DNA of 64,000 nucleotides from Octopus vulgaris (GCA_951406725.2 OX597841.1:25792001-25856000), one strand, 5' to 3'; counted from the first letter of the stretch, positions 42,215-55,376 are shown. Notes: generated by a model not told the origin, from the sequence alone. Numbers and translations: made by a program.

Positions 42215-42249
42215 GTTTCTGACGAAGAGCTCCGCTCGAAACGTTAAAC
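42215..42249 (+). ncRNA. Minimal type I hammerhead ribozyme within a Penelope-like fragment (42170-42345)
   Basis: GTTT-CTGACGA-A-GAGC-TCC-GCTC-GAAA-CG-TT-AAAC: stem I GTTT/AAAC, stem II GAGC/GCTC, palindromic AACGTT in place of stem III. Confidence 0.65.
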
Positions 42250-42345
42250 CCTCCTTCCCTTCTTTCCTGAGCGTCAATAATACTTTAATTGTTCCACGTC
42301 CTCGCGTTGCTGTGTTTTTTTTCTGTGTTTTCTTGTTTGGATTAA

Positions 42346-42376
<31 letters not shown>

Positions 42377-42377
42377 C

Positions 42378-42752
42378 TCTTTTACTCTTTTACTTGTTTC
42401 AGTCATTTGACTGCAGCCATGCTGGAGCACCACCTTTGGTCGAGCAAATCGACCCCAGGACTTATTCTATCGGCCTCTTTTGCCGAACCGTTAAGTTACG
42501 GGGACATGACCACACCAGCATCGGTTGTCAAGCGATGTTGGGAGGACAAATACAGACACACAAACACACACACACACATATATACATATATACGACAGGC
42601 TTCTTTCAGTTTCCGTCTACCAAATCCACTCACAAGGCTTTGGTCGGCCCGAGGCTATAGTAGAAGACACTTACCCAAAGTGTCACGCAGTGGGACTGAA
42701 CCTGAACCATGTGGTTGGTAAGCAAGATACTTACCACACAGCCACTCCTGTA
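42378..42752 (-). mobile_element. SINE family A
   Basis: Reverse complement of the family A sequence. Confidence 0.85.
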
Positions 42753-42810
42753 CCTATATCATCATAATATATATATATATATATATATATATTCTATAAT
42801 TATGAGCATA

Positions 42811-45800
42811 ATTATAATTAGGGTTCAACAAATTGCTTCACCACATACTGAAATTTAGAAATAGCAGTTAAATACTATTCCTCTACCATAAGATATCTCC
42901 CAGACAGCTAGACTCGGAATTCACGTAGGTAAAGAGAAAAAAAAATTATGAATCCACCCGGCTTTGATCAACTACATATGTGTTTCTGGATTAAAGGGAT
43001 GTAAAATTTTAATTTTTATCAACCAAGCGACATCGAATAGCTATTCGATGCCGCTTGGTCGAATATGTATTTAATTATTAGTACTCTGAACCTGGACGTT
43101 ATCAAAGAAGCTTGAGAGGCGGTTGGATGGAACCTACACACGCCTCCTTATGAGAGCTCAAAATCTCTCGTGGAAGCGCCATCCAACCAAAATGCAAATA
43201 TATGGGAAACTACCACCTGTATCATCTCTTGTGAAAGGTAGGAGAGTCCAGTTTGCTGGACATTGTTGTAGAGCTGAAAACAAGGCAATTTCTACTCTTC
43301 TCCTCTGGAAGCCATCTACTCGCAATACCAGAGGGCGCACACTCTCCTACCCTGATGTAATCTCCAGGGATACAGGTATCCAGCAACAGGACCTCCGTAA
43401 TGCTATGATGGACCATGAAGTCTGGCGTAACATAGTAAATTCCATTGTCTCGACCACTGTCGAACAATGATGGTGATGAGATATATATATATATATACAT
43501 ACATACATATCTCTTGTGAAAGATAAGAGAGTCCAGTTTGCTGGACATTGTTGTAGAGCTGAAAACGAGGCAATTTCTACTCATCTCCTCTGGAAGCCAT
43601 CTGCTCGCAATACCAGAGGGCGCACACTCTCCTACCCTGATGTAATCTCCAGGGATACAGGTATCCAGCAACAGGGCTTCCGTAATGCTATGATGGACCG
43701 TGAAGTCTGGCGTAACATAGTAAATTCCATTGTCTCGACCACAGTCGAACAATGATGGTGATGATATATATATATATATATACATACATACATACATACA
43801 TATCATCTCTTGTGAAAGGTAGAAGAGTCCAGTTTGCTGGACATTGTTGTAGAGCTGAAAAAGAAGTAATTTCTACTCTTCTCCTCTGGAAGCCATCTGC
43901 TCGCGATACCAGAGGGCGCACACTCTCCTACCCTGATGTAATCTCCAGGGATACAGGCATCCAGCAACAGGACCTCCGTAATGCTATGATGGACCGTGAA
44001 GTCTGGCGTAACATAGTAAATTCCATTGTCTCGACCACAGTCGAACAATGATGGTGATGATATATATATATATATTCATACATACATACATATCATCTCT
44101 TGTGAAAGGTAGGAGAGTCCAGTTTGCTGGACATTGTTGTAGAGCTGAAAAAGAAGTAATTTCTACTCTCCTCCTCTGGAAGCCATCTGCTCGCGATACC
44201 AGAGGGCGCACACTCTCCTACACTGATGTAATCTCCAGGGATAAAGGCATCCAGCAACAGGACCTCCGTAATGCTATGATGGACCGTGAAGTCTGGCGTA
44301 ACATAGTAAATTCCATCGTCTCGACCACAGTCGAACAATGATGGTGATGATATATATATATATATATATACATACATACATATCATCTCTTGTGAAAGGT
44401 AGGTGAGTCCAGTTTGCTGGACATTGTTGTAGAGCTGAAAAAGAAGTAATTTCTACTCTCCTCCTCTGGAAGCCATCTGCTCGCGATACCAGAGGGCGCA
44501 CACTCTCCTACCCTGATGTAATCTCCAGGGATACAGGCATCCAGCAACAGGGCTTCCGTAATGCTATGATGGACCGTGAAGTCTGGCATAACATAGTAAA
44601 TTCCATTGTCTCGACCACAGTCGAACAATGATGGTGATGATATATATATATATATATATATACATACATACATATCATCTCTTGTGAAAGGTAGGAGAGT
44701 CCAGTTTGCTGGACATTGTTGTAGAGCTGAAAAAGAAGTAATTTCTACTCTCCTCCTCTGGAAGCCATCTGCTCGCGATACCAGAGGGCGCACATCTCCT
44801 ACCCTGATGTAATCTCCAGGGATACAGGCATCCAGCAACAGGGCTTCCGTAATGCTATGATGGACCATGAAGTCTGGCATAACATAGTAAATTCCATTGT
44901 CTCGACCACAGTCGAACAATGATGGTGATGATATATATATATATATATATATACATACATACATATCATCTCTTGTGAAAGGTAGGAGAGTCCAGTTTGC
45001 TGGACATTGTTGTAGAGCTGAAAAAGAAGTAATTTCTACTCTCCTCCTCTGGAAGCCATCTGCTCGCGATACCAGAGGGCGCACACTCTCCTACACTGAT
45101 GTAATCTCCAGGGATACAGGCATCCAGCAACAGGACCTCCGTAATGCTATGATGGACCGTGAAGTCTGGCGTAACATAGTAAATTCCATTGTCTCGACCA
45201 CAGTCGAACAATGATGGTGATGATATATATATATATATATACATACATACATACATATCATCTCTTGTGAAAGGTAGAAGAGTCCAGTTTGCTGGACATT
45301 GTTGTAGAGCTGAAAAAGAAGTAATTTCTACTCTTCTCCTCTGGAAGCCATCTGCTCGCGATACCAGAGGGCGCACACTCTCCTACCCTGATGTAATCTC
45401 CAGGGATACAGGCATCCAGCAACAGGACCTCCGTAATGCTATGATGGACCGTGAAGTCTGGCGTAACATAGTAAATTCCATTGTCTCGACCACAGTCGAA
45501 CAATGATGGTGATGATATATATATATATATATATATATACATACATACATATCTCTTGTGAAAGATAAGAGAGTCCAGTTTGCTGGACATTGTTGTAGAG
45601 CTGAAAAAGAAGTAATTTCTACTCTTCTCCTCTGGAAGCCATCTGCTCGCAATACCAGAGGGCGCACACTCTCCTACCCTGATGTAATCTCCAGGGATAC
45701 AGGCATCCAGCAACAGGGCTTCCGTAATGCTATGATGGACCGTGAAGTCTGGCATAACATAGTAAATTCCATTGTCTCGACCACGGTCGAACAATGATGA

Positions 45801-46077
45801 ATGATGATGATGATTAGTACTCTCAAATTTACAATTGAAATACTACACTGAAGACGGAAATAAGTGAGTAAAAACAAAAATTTTACATCACTTTAATCCA
45901 GAAACGCGTATGTGGTTGATCAAAGCCGGGTGAATTCATTATTCTTTTCTCTTTACCTACGTGAATTAAGAGTATTGCTGTCTGGGGGATATTTTATGGT
46001 AGTAGTGGAATAGTATTTAACTGCTATTTCTAAATTTCGGTATGTGGTGAAGCGATTTGCTGAACCCTAATTATAAT
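42811..46077. mobile_element. Palindromic MITE (~200-bp diverged TIRs) interrupted by the RTE array
   Basis: 42811-43010 is the approximate reverse complement of 45878-46077. Confidence 0.75.
43088..45812 (+). mobile_element. Tandem array (9 units, ~290-bp period) of RTE LINE 3' ends inside one TSD
   Basis: Unit ends GTCGAACAATGA near 43470, 43755, 44051, 44341, 44631, 44922, 45214, 45506 and 45797. TSD ATTAGTACTCT at 43077-43087 and 45813-45823. Confidence 0.9.
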
Positions 46078-46155
46078 TAAGCTTATAATTATGAACTACT
46101 TGGTAAAATTATTATTGATTAATTGATTAATTTTTACCCTTTATTATTATTTAAA

Positions 46156-46194
<39 letters not shown>

Positions 46195-46201
46195 TATATA
46201 C

Positions 46202-46399
<198 letters not shown>

Positions 46400-46420
46400 T
46401 ATATACATATATACACACAC

Positions 46421-46451
<31 letters not shown>

Positions 46452-46472
46452 CATATATATATATACATATAT

Positions 46473-46535
<63 letters not shown>

Positions 46536-46953
46536 CGGGTGCTGAAAAGTTCCTGGTTTCATGAAAGGCCTCATTTTTGAGGCCCAATCTCCCGATTTCT
46601 TTTTACAGGGCTTAAAAAAAAACTGAAGGACCACTGCAATATGTATGTTAATCTGAGAGTTTCTGTCAAGCCATTAAACTCATGCCGGCATGGGAAATAG
46701 ACGCTAAATGATGATGATTATATATATATAGCAAAGATAATCTGGAACTCGACTGAGGAAAGAAAACTCCGAATGACCCGTCCTTGTTTTCTTTGAATCA
46801 TCTGTCTGAACGTTTTGTTGCCCCTTTTTTGTACCACCTAACTGTCTGGATGTTTTGCGTTCTTGTCCCGATTTTGTATTTTTTATATATGAAAATATAG
46901 CGGCGTACGTATATTTTGTCTCTTGTCTGAAAGTATATATATATATATATATG

Positions 46954-47878
46954 TGGAGGCGCAATGGCCCAGTGGTTAGGGCAGTGGACTCGCGGTCATA
47001 GGATTGCAGTTTCGATTCCCAGACTGGGCGTATGTACACACATCAACAAGTGTATAAATCTATTGTAACAAACTGTATCAATATATATCATGTTTAATAA
47101 CAGCAGTATGTTGAATGTTCAATAGGCATACATATTTTCTATGTATGTGTATAGAATTATATATATGAATGTATGTGTGTATGTACATTTGCCTGTATGA
47201 AGTATGTATGTATGTATATATGTATGTTGGTATGTATGTGGGGTGTATGTATGTATATGGAGGCGCAATGGCCCAGTGGTTAGGGCAGCGGACTCGCGGT
47301 CATAGGATTGCGGTTTCGATTCCCAGACCGGGCGTGTGAGTGTTTATTGAGCGAAAACACCTAAAGCTCCACGAGGCTCCGGCAGGGGATGGTGGTGATC
47401 CCTGCTGTACTCTTTCACCACAACTTTCTCTCACTCTTACTTCCTCTTTCTGTTGTACCTGTATTTCAAAGGGGCCGGCCTATATATATATATATGTGGA
47501 GGCGCAATGGCCCAGTGGTTAGGGCAGCGGACTCGCGGTCATAGGATCGCGGTTTCGACTCCCAGACCGGGCGTTGTGAGTGTTTATTGAGCGAAAACAC
47601 CGAAAGCTCCACTAGGCTCCGGCAGTGGGGTGGTGGTGATCCCTGCTGTACTCTTTCACCACAACTTTCTCTCACTCTTACTTCCTGTTTCTGTTGTACC
47701 TGTATTTCAAAGGGCCGGCCTTGTCACTCTCTGTGTCACGCTGAATATCCCCCCGAGAACTACGTTAAGGATACACGTGTCTGTGGAGTGCTCAGCCACT
47801 TACACGTTAATTTCACGAGCAGGCTGTTCCGTTGATTCGGATAAACCGGAACCCTCGTCGTCGTAACCGACGGAGTGC
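46954..47878 (+). mobile_element. Three SINE family B copies (head only, partial, full)
   Basis: TGGAGGCGCAATGGCCCAGTGG at ~46954, 47258 and 47497. Confidence 0.85.
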
Positions 47879-47889
47879 TTTCATTCCAT

Positions 47890-47927
<38 letters not shown>

Positions 47928-48273
47928 AAATTTTGTACGACTCTATCATTCTTTCTATTCTTTCATTCTTTCCTTCTTTCTATCAGCCTCTTCGCACTTT
48001 GTTCATTCCACTCTTTGTCTTTCATTCCTCCTCTCTCGCATTTCATGGCCTTCTCTTCATGCTCACCTTCCCTCTTACACTTCACTCTGTCCCTTTCATT
48101 TTTTCTCGCCTCTCCTTAATTCTTCTATCCTACCTCTCTTTCTCTTCTCTCCCCATGTGGCCGGTGTTCGGCCAAGCCCAACCTTTCTTTCTTGGTTCCA
48201 CTACCATCCTTGCAACATCTATATTCCTCCCTCTGCTGGTCAAATCTTATGTCTCTATATATATATGTGTGTG

Positions 48274-48932
48274 TGCAGGAGTGGCTGTGTGGTAAGTAGA
48301 TTGTTTACCAACCACATGGTTCTAGGTTCAGTCCCACTGCATGGCATCTTGGGCAAGTGTCTTCTACTATAGCCTCGGGCCGACCAAAGCCTTGTGAGTG
48401 GATTTGGTAGACGGAAACTGAAAGAAGCCCGTCGTATGTATGTATATATATATGTATGCATGTGTGTATTTGTGTGTTTGTGTGTCTGTGTTTGTCCCCC
48501 TAGCATTGCTTGACAACAGATGCTAGTGTATTTACGTGTGGTAAATAGCTTGCTTACCAACCACGTGGTTCCGTGTTCAGTCCCACTGCATGGCACCTTG
48601 GGCAAGTGTCTTCTACTATAGCCTCGGGCCGACCAAAGCCTTGTGAGTGGATTTGGTAGACGGAAACTGAAAGAAGCCCGTCGTATATATGTATATATAT
48701 ATGTATGCGTGTGTGTGTTTGTGTGTCTGTGTTTGTCCCCCTAGCATTGCTTGACAACAGATGCTAGTGTGTTTACGTGTGGTAAATAGCTTGCTTACCA
48801 ACCACGTGGTTCCGGGTTCAGTCCCACTGCATGGCACCTTGGGCAAGTGTCTTCTACTATAGCCTTGAGCCGACCAAAGCCTTGTGAGTGTATTTGGTAG
48901 ACGGAAACTGAAAGAAGCCCGTCGTATGTATG

Positions 48933-48982
<50 letters not shown>

Positions 48983-49625
48983 TCCCCCTAGCATTGCTTG
49001 ACAACAGATGCTAGTGTGTTTACGTGTGGTAAATAGCTTGCTTACCAACCACGTGGTTCCGGGTTCAGTCCCACTGCATGGCACCTTGGGCAAGTGTCTT
49101 CTGCTATAGCCTTGAGCCGACCAAAGCCTTGTGAGTGTATTTGGTAGACGGAAACTGAAAGAAGCCCGTCGTATGTATGTATATATATATGTATGCGTGT
49201 GTGTGTTTGTCCCCCTAGCATTGCTTGACAACAGATGCTAGTGTGTTTACGTGTGGTAAATAGCTTGCTTACCAACCACGTGGTTCCGGGTTCAGTCCCA
49301 CTGCATGGCACCTTGGGCAAGTGTCTTCTACTATAGCCTTGAGCCGACCAAAGCCTTGTGAGTGTATTTGGTAGACGGAAACTGAAAGAAGCCCGTCGTA
49401 TGTATGTATATATATATATGTATGTGTGTGTGTGTGTGTTTGTCCCCCCAACATCGCTTGACAACCGATGCTGGTGTGTTTACATCCCCCGTTACCTAGC
49501 GGTTCGGCAAAAGAGACCGATAGAATAAGTACTAGGCTTACAGAGAATAAGTCCTGGGGTCGATTTGCTTGACTAAAGGCGGTGCACCAGCATGGCCGCA
49601 GTCAAATGACTGAAACAAATAATAG
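48274..49625 (+). mobile_element. SINE family A head-to-tail pentamer
   Basis: Five 230-260-bp units joined at TTTACGTGTGGTAAATAGC; only the last unit carries the 3' tail. Confidence 0.88.
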
Positions 49626-50349
49626 GATAAAAATAATAAAAATAATGGGTACAATTATATTAAACATACCATATGCAAATTAGCCAACTTCAGAAACAGG
49701 GTCTGTTTACTCAATATGTGGAGCAGTATGTGGCATAATATTACACAATATTGTCGGCTTTCTGGGAATTCCGGAATTCTGTAAACCGGATAAGAAGTCC
49801 TGTACTACACTTTAAAACGTGAAAAACGAGCCAAAGAAAAAAAAAAAACAAATCAGGAAAAGACAACTACGCAAAATGTTGTAAGAGTTGTTTCCCTTTA
49901 TAATTTTTGTAATAATTTTTATAGTCCTTTTTTTGAGATTTAAAGGCGATTTTTCGTTAATATTTTAACGAAAACCGAATTCTTCTAAAATTTGTTTAAC
50001 CCTAGGTCAACTAGTCCTGGTCGAGCGGACAAGTTTTTTTTATAATTGCTGGTGTTGGATGTAAGGGGACATATTTTACAATAACATTAGCTAAAATGGC
50101 CCTTTCCATTTTTATGTAGTATATAGGACTTGAGAGGGATTTCACTGCCTTTCCAGCTCAGCGTGTCGAGTGGTAACATAAAGGCTCCTTTATTACTTTG
50201 TAGTAGTCGTAGATCAGTGGTATTGAGCAAAATATTTGCTGTAGCCCATCTTTTAATACCAAGACAAAACAATGTACATGATAACACTTCCAATCAGTTA
50301 AGATCAGAAGCCATGAGAACCACCGCCTGGTACTGCATCAGGGCTTTTG

Positions 50350-51690
50350 TTGTTAGCACACTGGGCGAAATGCTTAGCGGTATTTCTTCTGCCACTACGT
50401 TCTGAGTTCAAATTCCGCCGAGGTCGACTTTGCCTTTCATCCTTTCGGGGTTGATTAAATAAGTACCAGTTACGCACTGGGGTCTATATAATCGACTTAA
50501 TTCGTTTGTCTGTCCTTGTTTGCCCCCTCTGTGTTTAGCCCCTTGTGGGTAGTAAAGAAATAGGTATTTCGTCTGCTGTTACGCTCTGAGTTCAGTTTCC
50601 GCCGAGGTCGACTTTGCCTTTCATCCTTTTCGGGTCGTTTAGATAAGTACCAGTTATGCACTGGGGTCGATATAATTGACTTAATCCGTTTGTCCGTTTG
50701 TCCCCTGTGTATTTAGCCCCTTGTGGGTAGTAAATAAATAGGTATTTCGACTGCCGCTACGTTCTGAGTTCAAATTCTGCCGAGGTTGACTTTGCCTTTC
50801 ATCATTTCGGGATCAATTATATAAGTACCAGTTACGCACTGGGGTCGATATAATCGACTTAATCCGTTTGTACATCCTTGTTTGTCCTCTCTGTGTTCAG
50901 CCCCTTGTGGGTAGTAAAGAAATAGGTATTTCGTCTGCTGCTACATTCTGAATTCAAATTCCACCGAGGTCGACTTTGCCTTTCATCCTTTTCGGGTCAT
51001 TTAGATAAGTACCAGTTACGCACTGGGGTCGATATAATTGACTTAATCCGTTTGTCTGTCCTTGTTTGTTCTCTCTGTGTTCAGCCCCTTGTGGATAGTA
51101 AAGAAATAGGTATTTCATCTGCTGCCACGTTCTGAGTTCAAATTCCATCGAGATCAACTTTGTCTTTCATCCTTTTCGGGTCGATTAGATAAATATCAGT
51201 TATGTACTGGGGTCGTTGTTATCAACTTAATCCCTTAATCCCTTAATTTGAGGCCTTGTGCTTCCAGTAGAAAGGATTATTATTATCATTATTAAGGCAG
51301 CAAGCTGGCAGAACGGTTAGCATGCTGGGCAAAATGTTCCGTGGCATTTAATCTGTTTTTACGTTCTCAGTTCAAATTCTGCCGGGGTCAGCTTTGCCTT
51401 TCAGTCTTTTGGGATTGATAAAATAAATACCACTGGGGTTGATTTAATAATCGACTTATTCCCTCCCCTAAAACTGCTGACCTTGTGCCAAAATTTGAAA
51501 GCATCATTATTATTGTTGTTATTATTATTATTATTATTATTTTTTCCTGAGTTCAAATTCCGCCGAGGCTGATGTCACCTTTCATCCTTTCGGGGTCGAT
51601 TAAATAAATACCAGTTATGCACTGGGCTTGATGTAATTGACTTAACCGCCCCCCCCCCCCCAAGTTGCCCTTGTGGCAAAAATTTGAAAT
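50350..51690 (+). mobile_element. SINE family C multimer (~183-bp period) plus two further copies
   Basis: CTGAGTTCAAATTCCGCCGAGGTCGACTTTGCC recurs near 50402, 50586, 50764, 50948, 51132, 51366 and 51547. Confidence 0.85.
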
Positions 51691-51722
51691 CATTATTATC
51701 ATAATTTTTAACTTCATTACAG

Positions 51723-51834
51723 ACACCACCAGTAAGTCATACTGTAAAACATGCCACATGCATCGTCCACCTCGGTCATTCCACTGCAGCCACTGTGGTC
51801 ACTGTGTACGGCGAATGGATTTCCATTACAGTTG
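51723..51834 (+). CDS. ZDHHC21: ZDHHC21-like, coding exon 3 (cysteine-rich domain; DHHC replaced by DFHY)
   Basis: Acceptor TTCATTACAG; (D)TTSKSYCKTCHMHRPPRSFHCSHCGHCVRRMDFHYS(W); donor GTGAGT; phase 1-2. Confidence 0.93.
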
Positions 51835-51869
51835 GTGAGTATTGTTTATGAAATACTTTTTGAAACCTT

Positions 51870-53010
51870 TATTATTATCATTATTATCATTATTGTTATT
51901 ATTGAGTGAGAGAGCAGTGCATGCCATCAAAGTGACACTGGGGTAAAATATACGATGCCCAGTATACCCATCATGACTACCCGTCTGATAAGGGTACACC
52001 AGGCACTATGATTATCATTATTATCATTATTGTTATTATTGAGTGAGAGAGCAGTGCATGCCATCAAAGTGACACTGGGGTAAAATATACGATGCCCAGT
52101 ATACCCATCATGACTACCCATCTGATAAGGGTACACTAGGCACTATGATTATCATTATTATCATTATTGTTATTATTGAGTGAGAGAGCAGTGCATGCCA
52201 TCAAAGTGACACTGGGGTAAAATATACGATGCCCAGTATACCCATCATGACTACCCATCTGATAAGGGTACACTAGGCACTATGATTATCATTATTATCA
52301 TTATTGTTATTATTGAGTGAGAGAGCAGTGCATGCCATCAAAGTGACACTGGGGTAAAATATACGATGCCCAGTATACCCATCATGACTACCCATCTGTT
52401 AAGGGTACACTAGGCACTATGATTATTATTATTATTATATTATTGTTATTATTGAGTGAGAGAGCAGTGCATGCCATCAAAGTGACACTGGGGTAAAATA
52501 TACGAAGCCCAGTATACCCATCATGACTACCCATCTGATAAGGGTACACCAGGCACATGCATCAGAAACATATGTGCGCGACATGGTGATCTTATATCAT
52601 GATAAACAGCACATGACCTTGCAGGTGGGGCCCTGTTAGAATTTTCTTCTGATCGAGTAGCCCATCCCGCTCAAAAGGTCTCTGAATAAGGGTTGTTTAA
52701 GGATGTTGAATGAAACACCCATGTTTCCAGAGGATTATTATTGAAACTCCAAAGAATCCCTCTCAACACATGGCTATGATGCTCCCCCACTACTTCTGCT
52801 TGTGATCAGAGATGCACATATCGTCAGCCACTAAGGGACATGCTCAACTGGTTAAGGTCAAACAACTGACAAGCAAATCTGTGGTATTGAGCAGAATATT
52901 TGCTGTAGCCCATCTTTTATACCAAGACAAAACAATGTACATGATAACACTTCCAATCAGTTAAGATCAGAAGCCACGAGAGCCACTGTCTGGTACCGCA
53001 TCAGGACATT
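51870..53010 (-). mobile_element. Retroposon with (AAT)n tail whose terminal ~137 bp is repeated five times
   Basis: GAGTGAGAGAGCAGTGCATGCCATC at 51904, 52041, 52178, 52315 and 52454. The last unit continues into a body also seen at 50218-50343. Confidence 0.75.
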
Positions 53011-53263
53011 TATCATTTATCATCATCATCATCAAGGCACCAAGCATTTTGCAGGTGGCATCTCATCTGTCTTTAAGCTCTGAGTTCAAGTCATGCTAAA
53101 GTTGCCTTTGCCTCTCACTTTTGTACATACATTTAGTATAATACATAGATGCCTATTTTCATTTAATGTTGTTTAAATTCACAGAGAAAAAAGATAATTC
53201 AATATTAATATATATATTTTTTTTTTCATTTTTCAACCAATCAAAAAACAATTTAAAAAATAG

Positions 53264-53402
53264 GCTGAACAACTGTGTCGGTGAGGATAACCACCACATC
53301 TTTCTCCTGACAATTATATACACCCTGTTTTTCTGCATCACTACGCTCATTTTGACTGTTCTACATTTCTACTATTATCCCAAATGTATAACCTGTGATA
53401 AG
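53264..53402 (+). CDS. ZDHHC21: ZDHHC21-like, coding exon 4
   Basis: TG+G gives W, then LNNCVGEDNHHIFLLTIIYTLFFCITTLILTVLHFYYYPKCITCDK (WxNNCVGEDNH plus TM3); donor GTATGT; phase 2-0. Confidence 0.93.
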
Positions 53403-53837
53403 GTATGTATAAATTTTATATATGAAGGGAGTGCTGAAAACTTCCTGGCTTTCAGGGTATCACGGAAGGCCTGGTTGCAGACCCAACCTTCTGAATTCTT
53501 TTACATTGCTTAGAAAAACTGAAGGACCACTGCAATAAGTGTGTAAATCACGGATAAAATCATAATTAACTGATCCTCCAGTAATTTCTTCAACTCAAAG
53601 CTAGGAACCTTTCAGCACTTCTTTGTGTATGTATATGTGTATATATAAATAGATATATTAATATATTTAGCTATAGGGTATGAGAGGTATTGGTGTCAAG
53701 AAGACCCTAAAAGTGTCAGGTAATGCTAAGTAAGTGCAAAGGATATATGGATAGACTGTGGTTAAGCTCCAGGTTTGATAATGATATGAGTGAGGAGTCC
53801 AATGTGGGTCATGTATTAGCATGCATATATATACTTA

Positions 53838-54610
53838 GTGCTTGAGGAGACCTGTTGAGTCAAGTACATGAACATCGAAATAAATATCAATGGAAATAGT
53901 AGTTGTGATACCTGTGCCGGTGGCACATAAAAAGCACCATCCGAACGTGGCCGTTGCCAGCGCCGCCTCAACTGGCTTCTGTGCTAGTGGCACATAAAAA
54001 GCACCATCCGAACGTGGCCGATGCCAAAAGCACCATCCGAACGTGGCCGTTGCCAGCGCCGCCTCAACTGGCTTCTGTGCTGGTGACACATAAAAAGCAC
54101 CATCCGAACGTGGCCGATGCCAAAAGCACCATCCGAACGTGGCCGTTGCCAGCGCCGCCTCGACTGGCTTCTGTGCTAGTGGCACATAAAAAGCACCATC
54201 CGAACGTGGCCGTTGCCAAAAGCACCATCTGAACGTGGCCGTTGCCAAAAGCACCATCCGAACGTGGCCGTTGCCAGCGCCGCCTCGACTGGCTTCTGTG
54301 CTGGTGACACATAAAAAGCACCATCCAAACGTGCCGATGCCAGTGACGTCTTGGCTGGCTTCTGTGCCGGTGGCATGTAAAAAGCACCAACCGATCGTGG
54401 CCGCTGCCAGCCCTCTCTGGCACTTGTGCCGGTGGCACGTAAAAAGCACCCACTACACTCGCGGAGTGGTTGGCGTTAGGAAGGGCATCCAGCTGTAGAA
54501 ACTCTGCCAGATCAAGTTTGGAGCCTGGTGCAGCCATCTGGTTCGCCAGTCCTCAGTCAAATTGTCTGACCCATGCTAGCATGGAAAGCAGACGTTAAAC
54601 AATGATGATA
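53838..54610 (+). mobile_element. Retroposon family E with an internal VNTR and (GAT)n tail
   Basis: Repeats of AAAAGCACCATCCGAACGTGGCCG; 3' part GGTTGGCGTTAGGAAGGGCATCC...GACGTTAAACAATGATGAT. Relatives at 31507-31921, 33097-33513 and 61910-62617. Confidence 0.8.
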
Positions 54611-54683
54611 TTATAAATTTTATTGGTAAAATACTTTTCTCGGAACGAATTACGATTTGTAACATTGCTACTATGGGTACAAT

Positions 54684-55108
54684 AGGCGCAGGAGTGGCTG
54701 TGTGGTAAGTAGCTTGCTTACGAACCACATGTTTCCTGGTTCAGTTCCACTGCGTGGCACCTTGGGCAAGTGTCTTCTGCTATAGCCTCGGGCCGACCAA
54801 AGCCTTGTGAGTGCATTTGGTAGACGGAAACTGAAAGAAGCCTGTCGTATATATGTACATATATATATATATATATACATATATGCATGTGTGTGTTTGT
54901 GTGTCTGTGTTTGTCTCCCTAGCATTGCTTGACAACCGATGCTGGTGAGCTTATGTCCCCGTTACTTAGCGGTTCGGCAAAAGAGACTGATAGAATAAGT
55001 ACTGGGCTTACAAAAGAATAAGTCCCGGGGTCGAGTTGCTCGACTAAAGGCGGTGCTCCAGCATGGCCGCAGTCAAATGACTGAAACAAGTAAAAGAGGG
55101 AGTAAAGA
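54684..55108 (+). mobile_element. SINE family A, full-length reference copy
   Basis: tRNA-like head (TGGCTGTGTGG...GGTTCAGTTCC), CORE-like ACCTTGGGCAAGT, internal (TA)/(TG) repeat, tail GGCGGTGCTCCAGCATGGCCGCAGTCAAATGACTGAAACAAGTAAAAG. Confidence 0.88.
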
Positions 55109-55259
55109 GAGGTAATTACTGCTCTGTTTTATGATTTTTCCCTTTATGAGTGGTTTCTGGGAGCAAATTAATTAATATATGTAGGCACTACTGTATATAT
55201 CTGTTGAAAAAATCTCTATTTTGCATTCACCATAATGTTGTTAATTTATCTCTTCCCAG

Positions 55260-55376
55260 CAAATTTTTTACATAAAACACAGTATCTGGTTTATATACAC
55301 CCTAAACATCATCTTGATCTACGGCCTGTTCCAATCCCTCATCATGTTCGTCGTACAACATCTAAACATAATTATG
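55260..55376 (+). CDS. ZDHHC21: ZDHHC21-like, coding exon 5 (TM4)
   Basis: Acceptor TCTCTTCCCAG; QIFYIKHSIWFIYTLNIILIYGLFQSLIMFVVQHLNIIM; donor GTGAGT; 117 nt, phase 0-0. Confidence 0.88.

Noticed and set aside
43123-43470. Autonomous active LINE
   Set aside because: Only the C-terminal ~125 codons are present; no endonuclease or RT core lies in the window.
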